A DNA stretch of 64,000 nucleotides, taken from Sphaerodactylus townsendi (lineage: Eukaryota). A model generated the notes under the pieces. It saw nothing but the letters and a program-made list of their open reading frames with translations, was not told the DNA's origin and did not search any database. This document shows, piece after piece, positions 23,701 through 37,289 of this stretch; position 1 is the first letter of the stretch; every line of letters starts with the position of its first letter. A program made the translations under genes and the position numbers. The DNA lies in the NCBI RefSeq assembly GCF_021028975.2, contig NC_059434.1:64914001-64978000 (forward strand), in the 5' to 3' direction.

Positions 23701-24776
23701 CAGAGGGAAAACTGTAGGGTGGCTGCCAGTGGAATGTCCATGAGGACAATCTGCCTATAGAGAATCCAGGAATGAGGAAGAGCTAATCTGCACCTTCTGA
23801 CTGGTGTAGTTAGATTCCAAAACCCTTCCATTTTGAGATCTTTAATAGGTTTTCTCCCACCTGAGCTTTGGAGCTTTAAGCACTCAGCTGTGAAGGGGAG
23901 GTTTCACCAGCATAGGAAGGTTTGTATGATTGTCATCACCTTGGCCCTTTTGCAGGAAAAGTAGGGAGAGGAGCAAGTGGCATGCACATAGTGCATGTGA
24001 TGCCATCCCCATGCCCTTCCACTCCACTTCTCCTGCCCTGTTATAATGGCTCCACTACCATGGAAAACATCACTTTGCAACTCTAGTTTGATTTCTCCCC
24101 TTTTCCCCTACACTGTCAAGTAAAGAGTATTTGAAAATTGTAGAAATATAAATAACACTTGACACATAAGTGGCTTGAATGAAAGAGCATAATATTCAAT
24201 TTTAAATCAAAAGCCTCTGACAATGAAGCAGAAAAGCAACGGGGCTATCATTTTCAGGCAAGATCTCTTAAATCTTGCTCATCTCCTCTCTAACTAATAA
24301 TAATGTCAGTATTAAAAATGAATGAATGTGACACTTTACTGTGAAGACTATTTAATATCAGGACTGCCTATTAATGAGCTCCTCTGCCATAACAGAAATG
24401 TGTGAATGAAACAGGACTTTTAATGAAAGTGTTTAATCTTTGCTCTGGAAAATAATCTATTTATTACAGCCCATCTGACTAGTAACTATGCATGAGTTTG
24501 TCATGTGGTATAAAAAGTTGCTTAACAATGTTGGCACATTTGTGAACTTTTTGCTTCCCCTCTTCTGGTAAATTACTTCATTAACTTTCTATTGCAGAGA
24601 TGTTCATCAATGTGACAGTCTGCTGAAGAGGAGTGAGATTTGTGATGGTAACTTTGGGGGCTTGGGACTCTAAAAGCAATAATTTTGATAAGACATAAAA
24701 TATGAAGAAAGAGGTGCTAGAGAATAGACCCTAACTTTTAGGTCCAGGGTTCACAGGTAACTCTCCGTTTAATTAG

Positions 24777-24933
24777 NNNNNNNNNNNNNNNNNNNNNNNN
24801 NNNNNNNNNNNNNNNNNNNNNNNNNNNNNNNNNNNNNNNNNNNNNNNNNNNNNNNNNNNNNNNNNNNNNNNNNNNNNNNNNNNNNNNNNNNNNNNNNNNN
24901 NNNNNNNNNNNNNNNNNNNNNNNNNNNNNNNNN
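24777..24933. other. Assembly gap
   Basis: Run of N. Confidence 1.
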
Positions 24934-26505
24934 NGTAGTAAGTTCTGAAGATGCCAGTCAGTGGGAAAAGCATAAGAGATGTTATTTTATTCCAACTGGG
25001 GATATATTAGCAGCTTTTATGACTGTGCAGCTATTGCAGAAGCAGGGAGGACAAATTTGGACAGACAATACAGCCAAAGGCACCATCTAAACTTGTTCTT
25101 TTGCTTGGTCTTCCTGTTTCCCACGACCAGAGGCACACCCTGCAGAAAAAGCTGAAGAGTAAGAACTAAAGAATTCTTGGTTTATGGCTCATATCCTTTG
25201 GCCCTAGACAATCTGTTTCACAGGATTCAAGGGTTATGCTACTATATTTTGATTTTGTCTTTTCAAGAAAATTGTATGTAGGTTCTGTGTTGTGGTTCCA
25301 TTTGGTCATTATTGGTCATTATTGAAAGTGACTCACATGTATGGTCATGGAATGCAAAATGGAGAAGAAAGCCAAAAAAAGTGATGGAGAAGCAATATTC
25401 TTGGAAGCACCTCAAACATTCCAAACACCATACTCAGTGACACAGAAATGCAAACACCCCTAAAAACAGAAGAAAGCAGTTTTCAAAAAAACCAACACCC
25501 AGTTTAGCGGTGCTTTGCTAATGGGGCACAAATGGCTTTGTATTAAAATGTTTTTTTAAAAATCTGTCAGCAGCCAGGAGCCCAAATGGTTGTTTCTAAA
25601 ATGACACAAAAATCTGTTAGCAACTGGCTGTTGAAAATGATTATAAAGGCTATTTGAAAGGTGTCAATGTGATCACTGGACAAGTGATCTTTGGTCATTT
25701 CTGCACAGCAGAAATAAAACCGTTTTGAGGAAGAAGTTTGCATAGTCACCTCCCCAAAAACTTCTTCAGAACATTATATTTCTCTCAAACCAGGTTTTTC
25801 TAAACTCGCTAAACTAGCAATCTTTTCCCCCAAACCTGGGTTGAAGACGCTTCCTGCTGGGTGAACAAACAAAAGCAGGCAGGAAAAACTTTATTTCTCC
25901 CACTCAAACTTTTTACTTTTTGTACCTGCCATTTTGTGTGCTATAGCAGATTATCCATGAAGGTTCTCCGTGGAGATTTCCTCTACTTGCAGGTCATCTG
26001 TGCACAATTTTCATGTAAAAAGAAGATGAATAAAGTTTCATTTGCTTGGTCATACCATACACATGTTTTTCTTTTCTTTCTTTTTTTTTGAGAGGAATGT
26101 CTGTGAAATTACATCATGATTAGAGAAGTTGCAATATGCGCATATCTGTGTTGTAACTTTGCAAACATCCTCCTCCAAACAAAAAAGCGCACATGCGTGG
26201 AATCACTAGGCAAAACAAACTTTATTCATCTACTTTTAACAGAAATTGCACGCAGATGAGATACAAGCAGAGGGAGCTTCCATGGAAAACCTTCAAATGG
26301 CTGAGGCAGGAGAATCTCTGAAGCAGTGCACAAAATAGCAGGTGCAGCTCTGAAATTGACCAGAGCTCTATCAGTCAGCACTTCATTTAAAATACTGTCT
26401 TAAGTTTTGGTTGCTGAATCTGAAAAATGATATTTTGAAGATAAGAGAAGTACAGAAGACAACAAAAGACTGTAGCATCTTTCCTGTGAAAAAGGCTGAT
26501 GAATC

Positions 26506-27031
26506 TGTAACCCCCATGCCCAGAATGGGTTGAACCAGTAAGGGGGTGGAGACTCAGAGCAGCAGAAAGGCTGCAGAGCTCTTTGGAGAAGACAAGGCTA
26601 CCAGACTCGGACCTTGGTTGTATAAGCCCTTGACACCTTGTTAAGGTAAACTGCAATATTGTTGGAAACTACTGAGAAGGTAGTTTATTTTTTGCTATGT
26701 TGTAAATGTTGGAGTTTATTGTTTCAGGGTTTCTTTTGTGGTTGTAATGGGTGAGAGTTCTCCTGGAAACCTTCATCATGTTGCATCCTGTTCATCAAGC
26801 CCTTGGAGTCTTCAGGAGCCAACCCACTTGCAAAGAAGAATTGGACTTGGCAGTATCAGTAGACTGTAACTAGAAGGACTTGAAATGCAACCTGAACAGG
26901 ACCTTGAATTGTAATGTTAAATGTTGATGTTTAATGTTATTTGTAAAGAGAAGTAAACTGTTTTGTTTAAATTTGGTTCTTTGCAACTCCTTCCAAGTAC
27001 TGCCCCACAGAACCCACAAGCTGAGGTTACA
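26506..27031 (+). mobile_element. Solo LTR, copy C
   Basis: TGTAAC...GTTACA; TSD AATC (26502-26505, 27032-27035). Confidence 0.92.
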
Positions 27032-27044
27032 AATCCACGACTTT

Positions 27045-27525
27045 CACTTTAGAAAAAGAAGATGACTAACCTGGAGCAACATGATAGAAATAAATAAAAT
27101 TCTACGTGGGACAGAAAGGGTGTGCAGAAAAACCTTTCTTCTAAAATTCATGGGAACCCATTGACGCTGATGTGCAATGATTCAGGATGGTCAAAAGGAA
27201 GAGCTTTTTTACACAGTAATTAAGTTGTGGGATTCACTGCCAGTGGATGTTATGATGGGCATAATCATAAACGGCTTTACAAGGGAATTAGACCGATTCA
27301 TGAGTTATACGTTCATCAATGGCAACTAGTCCTGGTTACTAAAGGGAATTTCCATATTCAGAGGTACAATAGTCAGAGGTTGCTAGAAGGCAACATCAGA
27401 AAAAGGCCTTTAACTCTATTCCCTGTTCATTGGTTCTCCAGAACAATTGGTTGGCCCTGTGTGAAACAAGTTGCTGGAGCTCATGTATCCTTGGTCAGAT
27501 CTATGAAAGCTACTTTTATCCTTAA
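27045..27525 (+). mobile_element. Old CR1 3' fragment
   Basis: Degraded version of the CR1 ORF2 end and 3' UTR seen at 8838-9408. Confidence 0.75.
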
Positions 27526-28784
27526 TTGATTTGACAAAGAAAATGCATCCCTAGGTCCTTCAGGATTCGCTGTGTCTCAGTTGCAGCCATTATGGGTCTC
27601 AAAATTCCAGGTGTTCCCACAAGCTCAACCAGTGCCCTGATTTAGACAATGACTAACAGAACAGTACAAAGGACCTGTGTTTAAATGCTGATGTGCTGCT
27701 AACATGATAGGAAAACTGAGATCTTGATAGGATGAAGCCAAAAATAAAATTTACCAATGGAAATAATACAAAATGTCTAGGCTGTGGAGTTAGCAAATCT
27801 CAAGCAGTCAAGATAATATTGGTCATTCAATATCAAATACTGGAAACCTACTACAAAGCCAGCCATTTGAGCAATACAGATGCTATGCAAGTTACATCAC
27901 CCAAGAAGAGACAAATTACCTAAGAGGGGCCTAAACAGAGGGACCTAAACAGCAAAGAATCCAAATAATCCAAAAGACAGAGAGGAGCAAGGACCCATAT
28001 TATTTGTCACTGGGAAGCTCTCTCTGTGTATAAAGTGCCATCAAGTCATCAACAGCTCAGTCTGTTCAAATCCTGATATGATAAATAGAAAAAATGAGAG
28101 GAGGCAAGCAAAATGGTTGCATCTTTTAATACTCATCAACATACATACAGCTTTGCATCACAATTTTACTTCTCTTCACAAGAATACTATATGGGTGAAA
28201 GGTGGGTTTGAACGCTAAAGATAGGATTATTTCCTGAATATGCAGACCATCTTTTATTTATGGATGATTTTGAAGTTCTAGTTGTTCCTTCTATTAGACC
28301 ACTCCCATTCAATTTTTTTTCTCTATTGTGCAAACAGGGCCCATGTTACTGTTACTGCCACCTCAAATTGAGTACTAAATTGTGTTGTGCTTTCCTGGTC
28401 CCTTACAGCTTTCCTGGTCCCCTGAAAAGAGTGTGGATCAAAGCTGGAGTTTGCACATTAAATGCAGAATCATGTTTGAAACCTGTACATTCACTTTCAC
28501 TTCAATATGTCAGTTTTCAAGGCAAATAGAGCACTGAGGTGAGTTTTACATCTCCCCAGGTTAATTTCAGAATGGATATAGGGATCCAGCTGGTATTTTA
28601 AAATGAAATGCAGGATGGTATCCTGAATGTGTGTATCCCTTTCATGTCAGTATCTCAAGTTACTACAAACATTTATATTCAAAAAAGCAGGTGCAAGGAA
28701 ATCTGAAATCTGAACCTGAAATATAGAATTTAGATCTTGAATGCATGCAGCAAATTTTATTTTGATAGGCCTGTCAAAATTATC

Positions 28785-28786
<2 letters not shown>

Positions 28787-28828
<42 letters not shown>
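28787..28828 (+). repeat. (CA)n microsatellite
   Basis: Read directly from the sequence. Confidence 0.98.
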
Positions 28829-28832
<4 letters not shown>

Positions 28833-29694
28833 GAATAGATTGGCACAAAATTTTCATTTTACTCATTCAATGAAAATAGATTTTTTAGACAAAAATGCTT
28901 TCCTTCTCTTTACATTATATTGCCAAGAGTGACTAATTTAGACAACTACCGGTGTTGACTCATTGACAAGGAAGGTACTTAGAAGCCTTGGTATGAAAAA
29001 GCAACCAAGGGACCCTATGAAGTGATTTCCCTTCCACTTCTGCCTATACCTAACTCTCCATCATTCCTCGCTTCTAGGATGTTTCAAAACAAGGCGTGTG
29101 TTCTTTGTGAAGCTCAACCTTTTAAATCCTCCCTGTGTATGCACAGATTGTCCTTCTGTAATGTCATCAGCTAATGTATTCCAGGCCTTCATTCAAACCA
29201 ATATTAGATTCATATTACTTTCTCTGCTGAATCTGTCTGAGTCTTCCCTGCAGGCCAAATGTTTCTCATCACTGCTTGAGCTGATCTATGATTCAGCCAT
29301 TCGGCATAAATCCTCCTTACTTGCATGAATCAAGTGTCGAGCATCTTGACATGCTCATAAGTTACCAAGCTAAGCCTGGGTCCAGCCTGATTATAAAACA
29401 TTTAACCGGGGATGCTCAGTTAGAATCCAGATTTGTTCAATGATCAAAAACACAGCTGAGGGCTGAGACACAAATCACTTTTAGAGGTCTGTGATCTTGT
29501 AAGTTATTATACTTAAAGGGATGCTAGAAGGAAGGATAACCAGAAAGGCATACGATGTACCCATGAAAATGTAACTTTTTATTACTCAGGGACTCAGACT
29601 TGATCTGCACAGGAGGCATAGAATTAGTTGGCATTTAAAAGAGGGGCACAATTTCTAGCAGCTTTTAGATTCCCATTCCATAAGAAAAAGAGGA

Positions 29695-30362
29695 GCCGTG
29701 AATCACCATGGCGCAGTTGTCGCCCGGGAAGGGCAGGAGGAGCCCTTGGCAACTGCCCTAGTGAGGGCGGATGAGGGGCCTCTCAGCCATGCCCCAATGT
29801 CACCAGAGGAGGCCGGCCAGAGCTTACTTAAGGCAGAGCTGGCCTTTGTGTTCAGACCATGTGCCCTGGCCGGCCAACAACTCGCCCACCCACCTCTCCC
29901 CTTTTCATATTTTGGTGATGTGTTACTGCATGCTGCTTTGTCATAGTCATTCGGCAGTTTGGCGCATTGGGGACTGATCTGAGAGGCTGGGGGAGGGAGC
30001 TAGGGAGCTACCTCCCCCCCCCCCACGCAATGGTATGGAATGCTGTGGCAAGAGGCCGACCGCCCAGCTTATCATTGCAATGAAGCTCCAGTAAGAGGCC
30101 AACTGCCCACTGGAGCTCTGCGGCAGCGGCACGGGCATCCATCAGCCAGCAGGGCAACGGGAAGAGCAGCTTGCCCTAGAGGCACCCTTGGGGAGGGGCT
30201 GCCCAGTGTTGCAAATCAGATTAGAATCCCATGCTTTACCTCACGCTTCTTACTGCACAATAAACGATTGGCTATGGCCAAGTAATTTTACCCAGCCATG
30301 AGTGTTGTGTGATTATTGGGTCAAAGGGCTCCAAGAAGGGGTGGGACCATCCTTGGGCAGCA
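29695..30362 (+). mobile_element. GC-rich remnant, possibly Ngaro/DIRS-type terminal repeat
   Basis: GC-rich block ending aataaa...tatggcc...gtgttgtgtgattatt, resembling recalled Ngaro-type termini; no coding motif seen. Confidence 0.3.
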
Positions 30363-31050
30363 AAAGATGGTTTTCCATTCCTGTCAACCATGTCCCTGTA
30401 GGACAAGTATAAAATATTACTCATGCAATGTTCTCAAATCATATTAAATCATACTAAATGAATTAATTATGTTGTTACACTAATTGTATTAACTACAGGA
30501 TATTTTTTTAAGAAATATGTCACGGGTCTGAATATTTTTTGATGGTCCAGTTGCCAACCATCAGGTGAAACTTTTCATGAAATGGAGTTAAGAGTTCTAA
30601 TTTTTCAGCATCTGAGATCAAGCTATGGTTAAAGCCATAGCAGCTGGTAAAAAAAGAAGCAATCAGTTGGTAATCCCATCTAGTGATCTGGAAAATATTA
30701 GAGTGTATTTGAGAGTGCCCCTTCTATTTTTGGGTGCTCAGAGCTAGGCAGATGCACACCTTTGGACGTAGATGGGGCATACTGCTTTGCTCCCTTTTTG
30801 GACAGATTTTATTATTTTGTATATCACAACATTAAGAGGGGGTTACATGTTTACATGTGTCAGCTTTCCAACCCTAAACTTTTTTTTCACACTAGAGAAA
30901 TGGAAGGGGGAGGTTCTGCTTGGGCTCCCAGATTTGCTGTAGATTCTCCACCAATCAGAAGTGTTCCCTTAGCAGAGGGTAGGAGTGGGCAGAAGGAGAA
31001 CTGTGGTAATGGAACAGCCAATCAGAATGCAGAAAAAATGGGATATTTGC

Positions 31051-31181
31051 NNNNNNNNNNNNNNNNNNNNNNNNNNNNNNNNNNNNNNNNNNNNNNNNNN
31101 NNNNNNNNNNNNNNNNNNNNNNNNNNNNNNNNNNNNNNNNNNNNNNNNNNNNNNNNNNNNNNNNNNNNNNNNNNNNNNNNN
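31051..31181. other. Assembly gap
   Basis: Run of N. Confidence 1.
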
Positions 31182-32581
31182 AGAAACAAAAGGGATTGTT
31201 TCCTTCATGGAAAACGGACACCTATGTGAAGGACAAAAATGAAATAAAAAACACCCAGATTAAAAAATAATTGATGCATTATGCTGTGTGGAATCAACCA
31301 TAGTTAATTCACATCAGTGAGTGAATGAGTTACCAAACGCATATAGTCCATGCACAGTAGGTTCATTGGGTGCAGATAAACTTGTCATAATGTTCAGAAA
31401 GTGCATGTGCTAAAACATAATGGGGGAAAGAAAATTGGGGTAATATCAGATGTTGGTTTCATCATCTAGGGCAGTCCCAAGAGAAGAGGCAGGTGAGCCA
31501 AGTCTCCAGATGGTGCTGTCTTCAAGCACATACACTGGCTTTAGAAAATGATTCTAGTCCCTATATGCTAAAATCCAATTGGCTCCCATTATTTACTCTT
31601 TAAAGAGAAAAAATAAAGCAGGAAAGCAGGGGTAGATTTGGCAAATGTTATTGCCTGGAAATTATTTCCAGACGGCACGTTCCTGATCACATTGAAGGTT
31701 CAGATCCTTAGTAGATTAAAAGTACAGAACTGACTAGATTTTTGGGGAGTAATCCTTAGGAGGCATCCTTAGTGGTAAGTGTCATTTTATTCAATGGGCT
31801 CTGTTTTCTCCTTTCCTTTGCATGTGAGCTTTTTTTAAAAAAACATATAATGTGAATTAATTACAAAGTTTTATAGCTCTTTAGCATTTTTAAAATGAGA
31901 AATGTATTATCATTTGTTTCTAACCATTTTTTCCTGTGGGTAACAACATTGGGAGACTGAAAATTCACTACAATAACATATATTTTTTTCTGGTGGCATC
32001 AGATTTGATTTTGCCACAACTGAATAACATGCCTACCCTTCTAAAATTTGCCTTTTTTTAGTTACTCAGTTTATACAAAGATATCATTAGGACTTAGTTA
32101 ACCTGGGAGTTTGATTTCAGCATGGACTGAGTTCTGGAATAAAAATTGCAGTCTCCTTTCTTCTAACACACTTTAATAATTCAGCAGTATGCTTAAAGAT
32201 GTAGAAGAAGCAGTGGGCTCACTGAATAATATTTTAAACCCTCTGTAAAAATAAGGATAGGATAACTACACGGTCTATACCTTTCATAAGAAAAAAAAGA
32301 GGATTGTTGGATCGCACCAGGGGTTTCTCTCATCCAATATCCTATTTCTCATGCTTGCTAGCTAGTCAGTCAGATGCTTCTTGGAATCCCATCAGCTGGG
32401 AATAAAAGCAACAGCCACCCCAAACAGCTGCCCTCCAAAAACTGGCATTTGTGTAAAGTATATGTAATGTGGGGAGCGAGGCTCAACCTTTCTCTGCTTC
32501 AGAAGATGCTTGGGAAATAGTAACCTGAAACAGAGGTTTTTTGCTGATATTAAGTATGTTTTAACTCTTATGAAAAAGAAA

Positions 32582-32673
32582 GGAGTGAGACTAGAGGAGT
32601 GAGACTAGAAAGGGGATTGGAGTGAGACTAGAAGAGTGAGACTAGAGGAGTGAGACTAGAAAGGGGATTGGAG
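32582..32673 (+). repeat. Minisatellite (GGAGTGAGACTAGA)n with higher-order structure
   Basis: Five 14-bp units and two AAGGGGATT spacers. Confidence 0.9.
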
Positions 32674-33596
32674 CAAATACAGAAGAATTAGATGGTGAGG
32701 GGAGAGACAGATGAAAGCATACCAGGTTGGTCAGTGGGTATAGAAACAACTCATGATAGGAAAATGTTTGCTTCAGTCTCATAGTTCAAAAATGTGCAGA
32801 CATGGAGAGTTTTCTTTTTAAAAAATCACTGTTAAAAGGAGTGGGCAAATAGCACCAACTACAAAGAGAGTCTGTTTGCTCTGCTCTACTTTGCCTGCAT
32901 CCTAGTGGCTGCAATGCAGAGCTGAAATAAAAGTAAAATAAATTGAAATACATTAATTGAATGCAGGATGATTCTAACTATACTGGGCCCCCAAGCTGAC
33001 TTGTCTCCCAGGAATTTTGTACTCCCAGATCCCCAGTTGGGGCCTGGCAAGTGAAAGTTTTCCTCAGATTCCCTATATAAAAGAATGTATTCCCTTCTTG
33101 AGAAGTGTCAGTAGTATAGACCAATGTTTCAAAAACTCATGGTAACTGAGGCACACTTTTCTGAATTAAAATTGAAACATGCATTACACTTAAATCCAAA
33201 CAGTATAGTTGTACAAAGGTAAATGAGTAAGAATTATTTGCCCCAGGGATGCACATTGTAGCATTTCTGAATGAGATATATGTTTGATACATGAGAATCT
33301 CCCCTGCATATCTGTGACAGGAATGTTTGAATGATGCCACGTCATCTGAAAGAGAGACCTACCCTTAAATGGCCTTATTAGGAAAAAGCAAGGCTAGAAC
33401 AGTAGATCATGCAAAGACATAGCAGAAATCTTGTTCTGTGGATTGGGTTTACAGAAAACTTTGGATTGAATCCTGTGGATCTATTCTTCCAGCAAAGGCA
33501 TTTTTGTCACACAGAAGAAGCCTTCCCCTGAGGCGAGAGACTGACTTGCATTGGGGAAGGCTCTCTCCACTGGAAAAAAAATTGCATCCTCTAATG

Positions 33597-34234
33597 CAGG
33601 GGTCCCCAAACTACGGCCCGGGGGCCAAATGTGGCCCCCTGAAGGCATTTATCCGGCCCGCCAGGCATGGCGGCGATGGCTCCATTCATGTGCAGTGGGG
33701 GCTCCAGGGAGAGGAGGAACCGGCCCCAATGGCTGTTGATTGCAGTTACATGATGGCACCCCCAAATCTCCATGAATTTTCTGACCCAGAGTTGGAAACC
33801 TTACATGTGGCAATGCCTGCTCCGCCCTCCTCTCAGCTACTCCATGTGTTGCTCTCAGGCTTTCTGTTCCGCCTCACTCCCATTGGCATCAGCCAGGCTG
33901 GTGAATCGCTTGCTGGCTGCTAGGGAGGAAAGAACCCAGGAAGATACCTGATCCTGGGTTAGATGGAATGTTTCATTGGGAAAGTTCTGCTTTTTTTTTT
34001 TACAGGGGAAGGTATTCCACAGCCTCCCCAACAATATTTGGAGCCCACCCTATACTTGACATACTTTGGTCACTGTTCTAAAAATAGACCATGACAGAAA
34101 GGCTGAAAGGTGAAATCAAACATTTTACAATCATTTGTGCATAGGAATTTGTTCATAGTTTTTTTTAGTCCGGCCCTCCAACAGTCTGAGGGACAGTGAA
34201 CTGGCCCCCTGTTTAAAAAGTTTGGGGACCCCTT
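33597..34234. mobile_element. hAT-Charlie (OC1/MER1-like) non-autonomous transposon
   Basis: TIR CAGGGGTCCCCAAACT / AGTTTGGGGACCCCTT; perfect 8-bp TSD CTCTAATG (33589-33596, 34235-34242). Confidence 0.92.
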
Positions 34235-34654
34235 CTCTAATGCCACAGATTTTCAGGGTCTAAGCCTATTTTTATGGCATAATTCTCTTGCAGACAGTTC
34301 CATAAACACATGGAAAAAGGCTTTTTTTGTTTATTTCACAACTATAAGTAATTGATCATTAGCATCAAATGTATTCCTAAAATCAGAGAGCACAATGTTT
34401 AACACATTTTATGTTTCTTATAATGGAGCTGAAGTAAGAGTCTGGGTAAAACAGAATGTTTTGGAACAACACATTATTAGCTGCCCATAACTAGGCAGGT
34501 GGTTCTGATTGTAATACACTGGTCTGATGATTTTTAGTTCCACTAGAAATGTCAGTGTTATGAATTATTTTCCCTCTGGATAAAGTTATTATTTACTTAA
34601 TGTATTTATGTATTGCTCATTCTCAATTTTTTTTTGCCTGAGACCATTTTTAAA

Positions 34655-34859
34655 TGAAGTAACACAATACATGTAGTAACTGGGTTATTTTAAATCTGTG
34701 CTTTATATGAAAGCACAGATTTAAAATAACCCCATTCCTACATGCATTATATATATATGAAAGCACAGATTTAAAATAACCCCATTCCTACATGCATTAT
34801 ATATATATGAAAGCACAGATTTAAAATAACCCAGTTCCTACATGTATTGTGTTACTTCA
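34655..34859. repeat. 50-bp inverted duplication enclosing two tandem 50-bp variants
   Basis: 34655-34704 is the reverse complement of 34810-34859 (1 mismatch); related units start at 34710, 34760 and 34810. Confidence 0.95.
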
Positions 34860-37289
34860 CATATATATTCAAAAATATAAATATATTGACAGGAGAATTC
34901 AAATTACAGATTTTCTTAGATATAGCAGTTTAAGGAGAGGGTAACCTGCATGGAAGTTATTAAGGTTCTCACTAGTTTTGTTTTCCTCACCCCTTTCATT
35001 CTTTTTCTCTTCTAAAATATTTGCCCTCTGTCAAATTTGGCTTGCTGCATCTCATCCAGATACCCTGGGTACTGCATGATCCTTTATTAGTTGACATGTG
35101 GCTAATCCCTGATAAGCATGTATGTGACCTCAGCTATGAAAGGACTTCTCTTATATGTATTTACCAAAGGGTTCCTGATCCACGCTGTTAACCAACAAAC
35201 AGATGCTCCCACAGGGATTTCTATATTTACCCTTCCTAGAAGCTACTCTGACATGTCTGCCAGAGGTTTGGATGAAAAATTCTGCTTAATATTAAAATGA
35301 GGTCCATCATGGATCCAAGCAGAGGTTGCCCAACTGCAGGCCCAGCCACGAGTAGCTCATCTACCTGAAACATTCCTTGGAAACATCAATCAAGGACCCA
35401 TTCATATTCTGGAGATACCTTGAGCCATTTTGACCATAGAAAAAGACGCAAGAGTTCAGGACAATAAGCAAGCATCCCATCCTTGACACACTGTTCAGTC
35501 TGATTCAGTGTGTTTTTCTTCTGAGTGTTATTCCAAGTAGGGATCCTGGTATACATCAGGCAGTTCGGCCCTGATTTAGTTAATTGCCCCACAGATATGT
35601 GTCTGTGCTGACAGATATATTTTGAGTGTTGTGAGCCCACACATGTACCTCTACTTGGGCAACAACCCCTGTGTTTTCCTTTTGGGAATATGTCAGAGTC
35701 AGAGAGACCTTTATTAGGCATATACAACATAGGGACAAAAAGAGTAAATCCAGTAGAGAACATTAAAGTAATGGTAAAATATGGACAGATGCCAAGGGAA
35801 CGGAACCTAACTTAAAACACGCAGCAAAAATTTGGCTACGATTTCCATTATTTCAACCTCAGGATTGGTGAGCAGGAAAATCATCTTTGCATTGATAGGA
35901 AGATCTGAGAATTTTCCAAACTTGAAATGGAATTCCAGTCCAATCTGATCTTTTTTGTGGATTTTCCTATTGCCAAGCGATTTTAAGCCAAACAGAATTT
36001 AGGGGTGTAGGATCAAACTTTCCTCCATGCATTCTCATGACCAATCACATTCTCATGACACAATCTGGAATAAAGGAGTCTGAAAAAGAGAAAGAAGAAC
36101 TAGTAAGAATCCATCACATTCCTCTTGACAGTTTAACAAAATGGTAGAAATTGAGACTGAGATTTCGTTTCCTTTCCCAGATTAATCTGTCAGTCTAAAC
36201 TTCTTTCTTCCTGGGATGTAATTTAGGATTTAGTTGCTGATCTCCACAGATAAGTCTGTGTTCTTCCAAGAGCAAAATGATCCCTTAATAACAGTGATTA
36301 CCATAGGAAAACAACTCTAAAATATTATATCCCTCAGAATACCCTAACTAAGCCAGTTAATCAGCCCACAATCAAGCAAAAAAATTGCTGAATCTGTGCC
36401 TGGATGTACCTTGGACATCTGTTTTCAACATCCCATCCTTTCTCTTAAAGAAAACTCTGTTAAAATGCAAAACTGTCCATCCATATATGCAAATCTACCT
36501 TGAAGAGGTCAGATATCTTAATGCAATGGTGTTTTGCATTAACTCTATTACATCACAAAGACATTGTAAAGATGTTCTGCCAGGATACATGCAATATCTA
36601 GATTCTATATAACCATCTACAAGAATGGACAGATTGTCTTCTTAACACAACAGAATCCCTTCAGAAACCTCTTGAACTTCTGAGGCTTGGCACTAGGCAA
36701 ACAACATCGTGTTCTTAGAATAAATTAATGATGTACAAAAATGACAATGATGGCTGTACAAAACAGTTTTCTCCTGCACCAGAGTGACCTTCACTTTAGT
36801 AGTCTGATAGTTCTGCATCACCTACCAGTCCAGGAAGGATTAATAAATCATAAAGGTATGGATTAATATTCGTACCACTTGACCATTCTCTGATTGCCCA
36901 TTTAAGCATTGTAGTCAACTTCTCGAAGTTGAGAAAGGAAATGAACAATTTATGGAGAGTGACTTTTCAAAATACTACATGCCCTGAAACATGAAAATCC
37001 GGCAAAATCAGTCTTCCACAAGGACTGGCAGAAGCCTAAAGGCTGACTTAATATGCCATTTGCACAGCAAGCTCCCCTGCCATCCTCCCCATGACAATGC
37101 TGGTTGGCATTGTTCATCAAAGATAGGTAGTTCCATATGAAACCCCTCTCTTGGATAAGACAAGTGATAGATACATTTCAAAAATCAACTGGCATCTTCT
37201 TGGCTACTATCTCCATTTGCAGTCATATTAAACAATCCCAATCTCCTCCCCCCCCCTTTTGCTTCTTAATTACATTGACTTCAACCAGA

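Noticed and set aside
24773-31242. ORFs containing long X runs
   Set aside because: Artefacts of translating through the N gaps at 24777-24933 and 31051-31181
34710-34859. CRISPR-like repeat array
   Set aside because: Eukaryotic DNA; units are contiguous tandem copies without unique spacers; no cas genes
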